Assembly: GCA_043820105.1 (NCBI GenBank)
Contig: JBDREC010000001.1
Span: 1 to 64,000, forward strand
Reading direction: 5' to 3'
Source: Pseudomonadota bacterium
GTDB lineage: Bacteria > Bdellovibrionota_F > JAHFAK01 > JBDREC01
Length of the DNA stretch: 64,000 nucleotides
Below, one piece after another: positions 47,927-57,198 of this stretch. The notes under the pieces were generated by a model. That model did no database searches and was not told the origin of the DNA. It worked only from the letters and a program-made list of their open reading frames with translations. The translations under genes and the position numbers were made by a program. The number at the start of each line of letters is the position of its first letter. The first letter of the stretch is position 1.

Positions 47927-48116
47927 GTTTATTTATTAATTATTAACTATTGGTTATTAATTGTTTTTCCGCTCTTTTTAAAATAATCAATAATTAACAA
48001 TTAATAATTAATTTTCAATGTTAAGAAAATAGCTATGTATTGATTTATTGTATGTATTAGGTCAAATTCTAGCAAATAATGCTAATTTCTGGTGAAAATC
48101 AGGCAGCTTTTGCTGG

Positions 48117-48155
48117 TGCACTTGTTCCCATGTTCTCTTGCGCTCTTGTTCTCTT
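48117..48155. repeat. Octamer array (CTTGTTCT/CTTGCGCT)
   Basis: cttgttcc catgttct cttgcgct cttgttct; abuts the stop codon of 48154-49773. Confidence 0.8.
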
Positions 48156-49773
48156 ATTTCGTAAACCCTTCTTCATAAACCGGAGTATCTGGTAACGTAT
48201 ATCCACGATTCTGAATTGTTTCCCAAATTGTTGCTGTGCCATCACCATCAACATCTGTTGCTGCATATAGGTCAAACTCCAGACCTGTTGTTATTGGATC
48301 TGTTACTATTATTACATCATTTGAATCTAATATGTCATCAAGGTTTCTATCATATATAAAATCTCCACCTGCATATAAACAGGTATTTGTTGGGGCATAT
48401 GTAATATTTGAAGCAGCAGCATTTGTTGGTTCATAAATTCCTGTTTGTGGATTATAGGTAATATGCTGTCTTTGAGCGTATTGTAAATAGTTGCTAAAAT
48501 TACTTCCTGGTGCCATCCAATTGCAGAAAAATCCTATAAGTGAGCCATCAGCATCTTCAACATCTTCACCAAATCCATACCAGGCTTCGCCAGAAATTAT
48601 TCCATCCTCATTTGCTTCATTTAAGCCAAGTAGTAGTGTTCGTGTAGAACCATCACCTTTGCCTGCTTGCCAAGACAAGACATATTCACCTGATAAAAAG
48701 TCATCACTATCTGTATCTGGATTAAAGTTCATGGTTGCTATTGTAAAATAATCAAGCCAACTTGAATCTTTATCAACTAAACCATCATTATCAATAAGCC
48801 AAGTGTCAATGCCACTTCCAATAGCGGAAAGTGCTTCAACATGAAGTTCTGATGCAGATTTTTTGTTATAAACAACAGATCCATTAACACTTATATCACC
48901 TGTTGCTTTTAGGTTGTAAAAAGAATCACCATTAACCATATAGGTTAAGCGTCCAGAAAAATCATCATCTGTATCACCTTCTTTATGGCTCAAATAAATT
49001 ACTATATGTGTTTGTTCAGAATTTGAATCTGTGTAATCAAAATCTAATTTATAATTCCAGACTTCATAATCAGCTCCATCATTTCCATTAGCATCAACAG
49101 TATGTTCGATTGTGGCTTCATTGACAGTTACATCTGAAATTGATAAATCATTTGTTAAATCTACTGTTGAATTAAGAGCCGGTTCCCATGCACCATTTTG
49201 GTCAGCTTCATAGATCATGTAGGCAAATAAAGCAAAAGATGCAAAAGATATTTCACTGAGCATTTCAAGTTTTTTATTTAACTGGGCAATAGCGCAAGCT
49301 TCATCTGTGTCAGGTTCAGTTTCAAGCCATATTCCAAGGTCTCCAAGGAGTAAAGTTCCATCAGAATCATCATATTCGTGATTTTCATATATTAATTCTG
49401 GTCCATAACAATCAGCGTCTGTAAAACTAGGTTCAAAGTTTTGAAGGATTGTAGAAAAATTATATTGGCTTGCCTGTCCAAGTAAAATGTATTGTATGGT
49501 TTCAACTTGATACTCATATTCAAAAAGTTCAACAACTAAGTTATTAACAACAGTTTCAGATTTAAGAGCTGCGGAAACAGCTTCTTTTTTTTGACCAGGT
49601 GAGGTGACAGCAACCCCTTCAGGAAAGGCTCCACTTATTTCAGCAAGAGAATATGAAGGGGATGGTCCATCAGTGCCTGAATCTGCTACACTTGTATCGT
49701 CAGAACTCAAACAAGCAGAAAGTATTAGGATTAAAATTGAAAAAAATAAAAATGTTATACATGTTCGTTTCAT
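48154..49773 (-). CDS. Acidic lipoprotein of unknown function
   Basis: GGAGG RBS; lipobox LSAC; CYGP, GDLGIW, WQAG, FFCNW motifs. Confidence 0.8.
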   Translation of the reverse strand: MKRTCITFLFFSILILILSACLSSDDTSVADSGTDGPSPSYSLAEISGAFPEGVAVTSPGQKKEAVSAALKSETVVNNLVVELFEYEYQVETIQYILLGQASQYNFSTILQNFEPSFTDADCYGPELIYENHEYDDSDGTLLLGDLGIWLETEPDTDEACAIAQLNKKLEMLSEISFASFALFAYMIYEADQNGAWEPALNSTVDLTNDLSISDVTVNEATIEHTVDANGNDGADYEVWNYKLDFDYTDSNSEQTHIVIYLSHKEGDTDDDFSGRLTYMVNGDSFYNLKATGDISVNGSVVYNKKSASELHVEALSAIGSGIDTWLIDNDGLVDKDSSWLDYFTIATMNFNPDTDSDDFLSGEYVLSWQAGKGDGSTRTLLLGLNEANEDGIISGEAWYGFGEDVEDADGSLIGFFCNWMAPGSNFSNYLQYAQRQHITYNPQTGIYEPTNAAASNITYAPTNTCLYAGGDFIYDRNLDDILDSNDVIIVTDPITTGLEFDLYAATDVDGDGTATIWETIQNRGYTLPDTPVYEEGFTK

Positions 49774-49849
49774 TGAAATGCCTCCATAAATGCTTTAAAA
49801 AATAAGGCTTACACTTTACCATAAAAAAAATATATTGCAAGATGTTAAT

Positions 49850-50039
49850 TAAGGGAACAAGATCGCAAGAGCGCAGGGGAACAAGAGTGCAAGGAGAGAG
49901 GGGAATAGGGTGTTTATTTTAGTTGTTTTAAAATAGTTTTATACATCTGGTTTCTCTGGATTCTGGGTTCTGAGTTCTTGGTTCTTTTTCTACTTTCTTT
50001 TCTCCTTGTGCTCTTGCGCTCTTGTTCTCTTGTTCTCTT
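49850..50039. repeat. Inverted pair of octamer arrays enclosing a heptamer array
   Basis: GAACAAGA/GCGCAAGA-like units at 49850-49894, complementary units at 50004-50039, TTCTGGG-like heptamers at 49946-49985. Confidence 0.8.
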
Positions 50040-53000
50040 CTATAAGAACCCACCTCCCAAACCAAGATAGATACGAATTGGATTGTCATATTCTGTGAAA
50101 GCATTTGATGCTGTTTCCTGAAAACCATAGGCAACTGTTAAGAAAGAATACCATGGGGAATAATAAAAGCTAAAAAGCTGCATTCTTAGATTAAGGCCAG
50201 CATCAAATAATACGCGATCGCGGGTTCTTGCGCTGACCAGGCTTCCTTCATCATTGTAGGTAAGATAGGTTCTATATGTTTTGCCATAATCCCAACAGTT
50301 TCCGGCATCAGCAAAAAGCTCCATGTAGAAATCATCAAAATATAGAAACCACAATTTTTTATCTATGTTTCTATAGAGTGGGAATCTGTATGTCATTCTT
50401 CCTAAAAATCTAGTTTCACCTGATATGGAAAATTCATTGTAGCCAGGAAAACTTAAAGAGTTGTTAACATCTCTGAAGGTTTGAAAAACAGGTTTGCCAC
50501 CTAAGTAAAGTTCATCATTACTGGCAACATCTCTTGATTGCCATCCACCAAGAATGTAGAATTCAAGGGCTTGGTATCTGCTAAGTGGAACTGAATATAA
50601 AAAATCACCAGTAATACTGTGAAAGATATAATCATCGGATGGGTCATCTGCTTGAAAGAAAAACAGGAATCCTGTTGAGTCAATTGCTTCATCAACATTT
50701 GTTTTTGTTAAGGAGTATGAAAGGTTAAATCTATATCCATGAGGGTTGATTAAACTTTCTTTTTCTGCTCTATGTCTGTTTTTAGTTAAAGTGTAAGTAA
50801 CTGTATCTAATTGATCTAATGTATATGTTATGCTGCCAGCATTGTTTTGAAGTATTCTAAAGTTAGAGACATCTCCCCATGTTCCTGTTGGGTCAGTGGA
50901 ATCTGTAAAAGACGAATCATCAAGGTCTGCTCCAAAAAAGCTTGATCCCATTTTTCCTTTTAGATCTCTAAAATAATATTCAAGTTTGAGTTCATGGGAT
51001 CTGAATGGAAATTTTATACTGGCTTTAAAAATGTCTTGGCTTAAAGATCTGTAAAGCTCCGTTGGGTTATTATCAAGACCAAGTAAGGTAAGGGCATCTT
51101 CTGATAAGATGCCTTCTAAAACCGAATTAATATCATCTAAGTCGTAAGTGGTAATTGCCCTTAAATATTTTAAAGTTATTTCAGGATACCATTGATGGTT
51201 AATATATGTCAGGCCGTAAAGAGAGTCTTTGTCAAAAAATCCACGCATTGATAATTTATGCTTTGAAAGATAATCTTCTATAATACCAGTAAATCCAAGG
51301 CCAGCTTGTTCATTTACTGCTTGGAATTCAGGGATTATTTGAAAGGGCATAAAATTACCAAGTCTTGGAATAGGAGTGTATTTATAATAATAGGATTTAG
51401 AAGAAAGCATGTCGAATTTTTCTGGGTCAGAAACGGGCAAAGGATTTTCTTTTGTTATCTCTTCTCTTTTTACGGTTTTATTTTTTTGCATGGTTTTGCT
51501 TTGTTTAAAAAGCTTAAAACCATAAGATGAAAAATTGGAATATAATAAGTCTCCTGCTTGAACTTCAGCTGTTTCACTGTATGTATCAACAAGGGGTGCT
51601 TCAAAAGGCATAAAAATGCCGCCATAAACACTAGTTAATCTTTTTGTATTTCCAGTTGAAATATTTGTTTCATAGACATTAAAAATTCCATCCTTGTCTG
51701 AAGAATAAATAATTTTAGTTGGATCAATTTTTGACCAATAGGGATCTCGGTCTTCAGCCTTGTCATTAGTAAGCCTTGTAAATTCGGAGTTTTCCAGGTT
51801 AAAGATCCAAATATCTTGTTTTTTTCCATCGAATAAATGGAATGCAAGCTTCTTGCCATCACTTGAAAAGCTAGGATTTCCTGCTTGAGAGCCATCGGTA
51901 GCTTCTAATATATATTTACTTTCATTAGTTTCCAGGTTGTAGAGGCAAAGTGATTTATTTCCATCACTGTTTTTAATGTAAGCAAGGTGCTTTTTATCAG
52001 GAGACCAGGCCACTTCTAATGCTCTTTCGTTGTAAGTAATAAAATTATATTTTGTTCCCCAAATAAAGCTTGAAAAGAAGTTTGTCTTTTCCTGGATTGC
52101 ATATGAAAAGCTTTCCAGGTCTTTTGCTTTTGCTGCATATTTACTTAAGAATTCACTTAAATCAAAGATTGCCAGATCATGATATTTAAAGCCATCAAAG
52201 TATTTCTTTGTTCTTCTGTTCCTGGTGGATAAGATAAGTTTGTTCGAATCAGGTGACCAGTCATAAGAGTTAATTCCAGATGCGTACGCCGTAGCTCTAA
52301 AATATGTTTCATCTTTTTTAAGAATATTTTCATTGTTTACTATAAAGAGTGTTTCATCTGAAAGATAAGAAATCCATTTGCCATCAGGGGAAAGTTTTGC
52401 ATAATTATTTCTCATTCCTTCATCTTTAAGACTGTTTTTTTCTGCTTCTGTAAGGGGTTTGTAGCCTTTATCTATTATTAATGGGGGATTAAAAGCTTTA
52501 GAATCTTTTGTTGATTTAATTAATAATTTTTCTGCTTTTGTTATTGTGGGTGCAAGTTCAAAAGCTTCTTTTTCATACTCAGTATTCTTTTGCTTTTTCC
52601 ATTCTTCAAATAAATCACGTGGATCAACTCCAAGTTCATTTTTAATAGTGTCTTCATATGCAAAATTATATTCTTTTGATTGTCGTTCCATGAATTTTGT
52701 ATGGATCTCCACGCCATATTTAGCAGTTAACCAAGCAACAAAGGAAAAGCCTTGATTATAGCCTAGTTCTCCATAAATAAAATCAAGAGCTCTTGGATGA
52801 CCCATTAAATTAAATGACAATACGTTGTTTTCCAGAAACGCCATTCTCAAGAACATTTGCCTTGTAGTATCATAAGATTCAAAACCAAATTTTGTGGCAT
52901 CATTTTGCGCTATACCTTCAACCCACCAATAAGGAGCTATTTTACTTTCTAATCTGAAAAGCCCAAAAATTTCATATTTATTTTTATCATCATCTTGAAT

Positions 53001-53465
53001 TCCAACTGGAGGAACTCCATAAGTTGATACTCTGTTGCCAAATGCAGCACCTTTCTTGCCGTGAACAATATGTGCAAATTCATGAGCAAAAACATTTCTT
53101 ATCCAGTCAGTTCTTCCTCTTAAGTTAAAGGTATTTAAATATAGATTTGTGGCTTCTGCATTTACCATATCTAAAGAATAAATAGCAAAACCATTTGTTG
53201 AATCCCTAAAGTCAGATAAAATACAATGGACCTTGTATTTGAATTTGTAGTTGTGGTAAGATGTTACTTCGTCATATACACTATCAGCAATGGCAGCAAC
53301 TTTTTGGGCAGTGAATTCAATATCTTTGTAATAGTGAATAATCCAATGTTTGGTTTCAGTTGAAATCCATTTTATACCAATAGCCTTGTCAACTATTTGG
53401 GCATTTGCAGAAAAAGCTAGCCCTAAATAAACAACAATAAACAAGATGTGAAACCTTTTAAACAA
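50040..53465 (-). CDS. Secreted HExxH metallopeptidase-like domain + PD40/TolB-like propeller + C-terminal outer-membrane barrel
   Basis: Signal peptide; AHEFAHIV...WWVEGIAQ; LSPDGKWI, WSPDSNKL, WSPDKKHL, FSSDGKKL; LFADAGNCW and terminal YLGLGGGFL. Confidence 0.8.
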   Translation of the reverse strand: MFKRFHILFIVVYLGLAFSANAQIVDKAIGIKWISTETKHWIIHYYKDIEFTAQKVAAIADSVYDEVTSYHNYKFKYKVHCILSDFRDSTNGFAIYSLDMVNAEATNLYLNTFNLRGRTDWIRNVFAHEFAHIVHGKKGAAFGNRVSTYGVPPVGIQDDDKNKYEIFGLFRLESKIAPYWWVEGIAQNDATKFGFESYDTTRQMFLRMAFLENNVLSFNLMGHPRALDFIYGELGYNQGFSFVAWLTAKYGVEIHTKFMERQSKEYNFAYEDTIKNELGVDPRDLFEEWKKQKNTEYEKEAFELAPTITKAEKLLIKSTKDSKAFNPPLIIDKGYKPLTEAEKNSLKDEGMRNNYAKLSPDGKWISYLSDETLFIVNNENILKKDETYFRATAYASGINSYDWSPDSNKLILSTRNRRTKKYFDGFKYHDLAIFDLSEFLSKYAAKAKDLESFSYAIQEKTNFFSSFIWGTKYNFITYNERALEVAWSPDKKHLAYIKNSDGNKSLCLYNLETNESKYILEATDGSQAGNPSFSSDGKKLAFHLFDGKKQDIWIFNLENSEFTRLTNDKAEDRDPYWSKIDPTKIIYSSDKDGIFNVYETNISTGNTKRLTSVYGGIFMPFEAPLVDTYSETAEVQAGDLLYSNFSSYGFKLFKQSKTMQKNKTVKREEITKENPLPVSDPEKFDMLSSKSYYYKYTPIPRLGNFMPFQIIPEFQAVNEQAGLGFTGIIEDYLSKHKLSMRGFFDKDSLYGLTYINHQWYPEITLKYLRAITTYDLDDINSVLEGILSEDALTLLGLDNNPTELYRSLSQDIFKASIKFPFRSHELKLEYYFRDLKGKMGSSFFGADLDDSSFTDSTDPTGTWGDVSNFRILQNNAGSITYTLDQLDTVTYTLTKNRHRAEKESLINPHGYRFNLSYSLTKTNVDEAIDSTGFLFFFQADDPSDDYIFHSITGDFLYSVPLSRYQALEFYILGGWQSRDVASNDELYLGGKPVFQTFRDVNNSLSFPGYNEFSISGETRFLGRMTYRFPLYRNIDKKLWFLYFDDFYMELFADAGNCWDYGKTYRTYLTYNDEGSLVSARTRDRVLFDAGLNLRMQLFSFYYSPWYSFLTVAYGFQETASNAFTEYDNPIRIYLGLGGGFL

Positions 53466-53476
53466 TCTTTTTCCTT

Positions 53477-54484
53477 TTAATCAAAGTAAAAGTTAAAACC
53501 AGCGCTTACATCAAGCATTCCAGATAAGGAAACAACTTCAGAAATATAAGCAACAGGATATCTGGTGCCCATTAAAGGTATTTCATTTTGAACAAAAATT
53601 TCTATGTTTTTAATGGGCGCATAAACGATTTTTGGAATTATTGATAAGATATATCCTTGACTGTCAGTGCTTCCAGCATTTGTATCAATTGCAGTGCTAA
53701 TATAAGGTATATAGCTGTCATCTATTTTAGTTTTAAAATTATAAATAAAACGACCACTAACTTGAAGATTTAGTTGTTTTATTGGAGAGAACATTAGGTC
53801 TAGCCTCGTGTCAATGTCATCTCCAAAGTCAATTTTTCTGTTTCCTATATCATAGCTGCCTGTTGAGTCTGTTATGCTAATTTTTAGATATTCAGCTATT
53901 GCTGCAAATTTATATGTATATAAGGATGTTACTTGTGCTGCGAAATATTCAAGAAATTGTTGCTTGATTCTTAGGCCAGCTCCAATTTCAATTTGACCAT
54001 TGCCCAAAGGAAGTTGAGTTTCTCCATTAATTGAGCTGCTTGTTGAACCAGATGGAAACTTAGGGCAAACATAAACAGCAATAGAAGTAGTTGGATCCTC
54101 AAGGTTTAATACTTCATAAAAAAGATCAAAATATACATCAGCAAGACCTATTGTTGAGTAGCCTGCTGTTTTTGAAATTTTTCTAAAGGCCAGGGGAATA
54201 TTTATTCCCATTGAAAAATGATCAGTTATTCCATAATCAATGCTTAAAGTTGTAAAATTATTATAATACGTTAAATCTGTAACCTCTAAAAAATTTCCCA
54301 GAGAATCATAAAAATGATAAGATTGGCTAAAACTGTTATCCAGGGATACTTGAAGAATATCTCTTGGTAAGTTGGCTTTTCTGGCACTAGGTAAAAGCGA
54401 AAAAAAGTCTGTTGATGCAAAACAAATAAAAGGAAAAGCTATGAAGATTATTATAAAATATGTAAATATAATTTTTATTTTCAT
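53477..54484 (-). CDS. Probable outer-membrane beta-barrel (transporter/MetA-pathway-like)
   Basis: Signal peptide; IDYGITD, GLADV, KFPSG, PLGNG; ends GFNFYFD. Confidence 0.65.
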   Translation of the reverse strand: MKIKIIFTYFIIIFIAFPFICFASTDFFSLLPSARKANLPRDILQVSLDNSFSQSYHFYDSLGNFLEVTDLTYYNNFTTLSIDYGITDHFSMGINIPLAFRKISKTAGYSTIGLADVYFDLFYEVLNLEDPTTSIAVYVCPKFPSGSTSSSINGETQLPLGNGQIEIGAGLRIKQQFLEYFAAQVTSLYTYKFAAIAEYLKISITDSTGSYDIGNRKIDFGDDIDTRLDLMFSPIKQLNLQVSGRFIYNFKTKIDDSYIPYISTAIDTNAGSTDSQGYILSIIPKIVYAPIKNIEIFVQNEIPLMGTRYPVAYISEVVSLSGMLDVSAGFNFYFD

Positions 54485-54616
54485 TGCTAGAAATTTTAGC
54501 AAATAATAGACAGGAAAGACAAGTGAAAAGAAAAAATAATTGCTTTGTTTTTATTAAATAGGTATATTTTTTTTTTAATCGTGACCAATTGCATGTTTAA
54601 CTAATAGGTAATACAT

Positions 54617-55288
54617 ATGAAGAAAATGATTTTAATTTTTATCTTAATTTTTTGCTTTAATAATTTTCCATTAATAGCTCAAGATGAGTTAGAAGTTAGT
54701 GATGAAGAGCTTGATTCCTTGTTTGCAGATGAGGAAAAAGCCCCGGAAAAAAAGACAGATAAAAAAGAAGTGAAAAATGATAGGGATGAAAATATGTCTG
54801 GTTGGGATACTACAGAAGATGAAAAAACTGCAGTAGAATTTGAGTCACCATCATCTGGTGAACCTTTAAAACTTAGCCAAGGTTTAGCTGGCAGGAAAAA
54901 ATCCTATGTTGCTGCTATTGTATTATCTCTGTTACCAGGCTTTGGAGCTGGAAGCTTTTATGCAAAAGATATTCCAAATGGCTTTTTGTGCTTTATGCTT
55001 GAGTTTTTGGGTGTTGCTGTACTAGGAGGTGGAATCGCAGCCTATTATGCTGATCCTGATGCTGATACAGCTGACAGTGTGTTTTCACCAAGCGAGGGAA
55101 TGATGTATGGGGGTATTGCAGTTTTTGGTGTTACAAAGATTTATGATTTAGTTAGCACAATTTTAGCAATTAATAATTACAACAAACAATTTGCTTTTCG
55201 TTATGGTAAAAATGAATATCAATTTAAACCATCTTTTGTTATAGCAGCATCCAATGAAGCTTTTCTGGGAATTCAGTTGGACTTTTAA
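54617..55288 (+). CDS. Secreted/membrane hypothetical protein with TM2-like segment
   Basis: KKSYVAAIVLSLLPGFGAGSFY. Confidence 0.65.
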   Translation: MKKMILIFILIFCFNNFPLIAQDELEVSDEELDSLFADEEKAPEKKTDKKEVKNDRDENMSGWDTTEDEKTAVEFESPSSGEPLKLSQGLAGRKKSYVAAIVLSLLPGFGAGSFYAKDIPNGFLCFMLEFLGVAVLGGGIAAYYADPDADTADSVFSPSEGMMYGGIAVFGVTKIYDLVSTILAINNYNKQFAFRYGKNEYQFKPSFVIAASNEAFLGIQLDF

Positions 55289-55301
55289 AGATCATTTCTC
55301 T

Positions 55302-55523
55302 ATGTATAATGATAATAAAATAAAAAATCAGTGGTTATACAAGCTTGGAAAAGTCTCTGTGATCTCCTCAGAACTTGTGATTCCAATTGTTGGATCCTTG
55401 CTTTTAGGTTTATATCTGGATAAAAAATTTCTGCTAGAACCAATTTTGACCTTGTGTTTTTTTGTTATTGGTATTTTTATCACCATAGCACGAATGAAAA
55501 AATATTTTAAAAAGAAATGGTAA
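55302..55523 (+). CDS. atpZ: AtpZ/AtpI family protein
   Basis: GSLLLGLYLDKKF..EP motif, two TMs, position before atpI-atpB. Confidence 0.75.
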   Translation: MYNDNKIKNQWLYKLGKVSVISSELVIPIVGSLLLGLYLDKKFLLEPILTLCFFVIGIFITIARMKKYFKKKW

Positions 55524-55526
55524 AGA

Positions 55527-55868
55527 ATGCTTTCAATTAAAAAAACAATTTTTACTTCAGTTGTATTAGGATTTTTACTTACTCTAGCCTCTTATATAGT
55601 TTACAGTGATTTGAAAATTACTTTAAGCTTAATTGCTGGTTGCTTGATTTCAAACCTTAACTTTATTTTACTTGCCCATATTATAAAAAAAATGTTTGCA
55701 GGTGAGGGTAGTAAAGCAAAACCAGCTATTTTACTTTTTTTTAAATTCTTTCTATTGATTTTGTTAATAATAGTGCTCTTTAAATATTTTAACGTTGATA
55801 TTATTTCATTAGCCATTGGTCTGGGAACTCCAATTTTAGCACTAATTCTTTCAAATTTAATATTATAA
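55527..55868 (+). CDS. atpI: ATP synthase protein I
   Basis: Four TMs, G.LIS.LNF motif, upstream of atpB. Confidence 0.75.
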   Translation: MLSIKKTIFTSVVLGFLLTLASYIVYSDLKITLSLIAGCLISNLNFILLAHIIKKMFAGEGSKAKPAILLFFKFFLLILLIIVLFKYFNVDIISLAIGLGTPILALILSNLIL

Positions 55869-55882
55869 GCGGTGGTTTTTTT

Positions 55883-55914
55883 ACTACAAGCTACCAGCTA
55901 CAAGCTACAAGCTA
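55883..55914. repeat. Heptamer tandem repeat (AGCTACA)
   Basis: actaca agctacc agctaca agctaca agcta. Confidence 0.75.
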
Positions 55915-56000
55915 ATTTTAAGCCATTTTTCCTTTGACTTTTATCGCATATTTTGGATTTTATGCTCTGCAAATTTTAATAATTAATTTTAGATTTTATA

Positions 56001-56693
56001 ATGAAACATCACGTAACACTATTTGATATTATTCCAGGGCTTAATCAACTGCCCTCTCATATTGCTGGAGCTTTACTTGTTTGTGTGCTTTTGTGTATCT
56101 TGTCGGTTATTTTCTATTTAAGAATTAGAAAACAAGAAGATGCTGAGGTTCCTCCTGATAAGTTTTGTTTAAGAAATGTATTTGAGTTAATTGTTGAGTA
56201 TGTGCTTGATTTGGTAGAAAACATGACTGGTCCTAAGGGCAGACGCTTTTTTCCAATTATTGGCGCAACTTTTTTATTTATTTTAGTTTCAAATATTATG
56301 GGTTTAATCCCTGGTTTAGTGCCACCTACTGATAATGTTAATACTAACGCTGCTTGCGCAATTTTTATTTTTCTTTCTACTTATTATTTTGGAATAAAAG
56401 AACATGGTCTTGCTTATTTTAAAAAATTAGCAGGTCCTGTTTGGTGGTTAGCCTTTTTATTTTTACCAATAGAAATCATAAGTCATTGTATTCGGCCAGT
56501 TTCTTTAACACTTCGACTTTACGGAAATATTTTTGGAGATCACGCTGTTTTAGCTATCTTTTCTGATTTGATTCCTTTAATTGTGCCAATTCCATTTTTA
56601 GCGCTTGGAACTTTAGTTTCAGTTATCCAGGCCCTGGTTTTTACACTTCTATCAATAGTATATATATCAGAAGCGATTTCACACGAACATTAG
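56001..56693 (+). CDS. atpB: F0F1 ATP synthase subunit a
   Basis: FILVSNIMGLIPG, PPTDNVN, RPVSLTLRLYGNI, IQALVFTLL. Confidence 0.97.
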   Translation: MKHHVTLFDIIPGLNQLPSHIAGALLVCVLLCILSVIFYLRIRKQEDAEVPPDKFCLRNVFELIVEYVLDLVENMTGPKGRRFFPIIGATFLFILVSNIMGLIPGLVPPTDNVNTNAACAIFIFLSTYYFGIKEHGLAYFKKLAGPVWWLAFLFLPIEIISHCIRPVSLTLRLYGNIFGDHAVLAIFSDLIPLIVPIPFLALGTLVSVIQALVFTLLSIVYISEAISHEH

Positions 56694-56694
56694 G

Positions 56695-56728
56695 TTGGTA
56701 TTTGGTATTCAGTATTTGGTATTCAGTA
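56695..56728. repeat. Heptamer tandem repeat (TTGGTAT/TCAGTAT)
   Basis: ttggtat ttggtat tcagtat ttggtat tcagta. Confidence 0.75.
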
Positions 56729-56865
56729 GGAAGAAATTTTATTGAACTTTAGGTTAGAAATTATAAATAATTTTCCTTGGTTTTTTTGGTTGATTTTAAT
56801 TTTTTACTACTATATTTACCGTGCAAGTTTTTGGAAATAAATTCATTTGAAAGGATAAATTTAAA

Positions 56866-57198
56866 ATGAAAGCACTAAAATTTATAAAAATTATAACACT
56901 TAGTTTTGTGGCTTATTTAGGGCATTCTGCCTTTGTTTTTGCTGAAGAAACAGTTGAAATCGCTACTACAGATTCAAGTGGCTGGTATGCAATTGCAGCA
57001 GCTTTTGCTATTGGAATTGCAGCGTTTGGTGGTGCCTTAGGACAGGGAAAGGCAATTTCAGCTGCCCTTGAAGGTATTGCAAGAAATCCTTCTGCTACAT
57101 CAAAAATTCAAATGCCTATGCTTATTGGTCTTGCTTTTATTGAATCATTAGTTATTTATGTGCTTTTGATTTCTTTTTTTATTGTTTTCAAGTTCTAA
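56866..57198 (+). CDS. atpE: F0F1 ATP synthase subunit c
   Basis: [28 protein letters not shown]-terminal extension. Confidence 0.97.
   Translation: MKALKFIKIITLSFVAYLGHSAFVFAEETVEIATTDSSGWYAIAAAFAIGIAAFGGALGQGKAISAALEGIARNPSATSKIQMPMLIGLAFIESLVIYVLLISFFIVFKF

Noticed and set aside
49928-50134. ORF ending EPRTQNPESRETR
   Set aside because: Translation of the heptamer/octamer intergenic arrays
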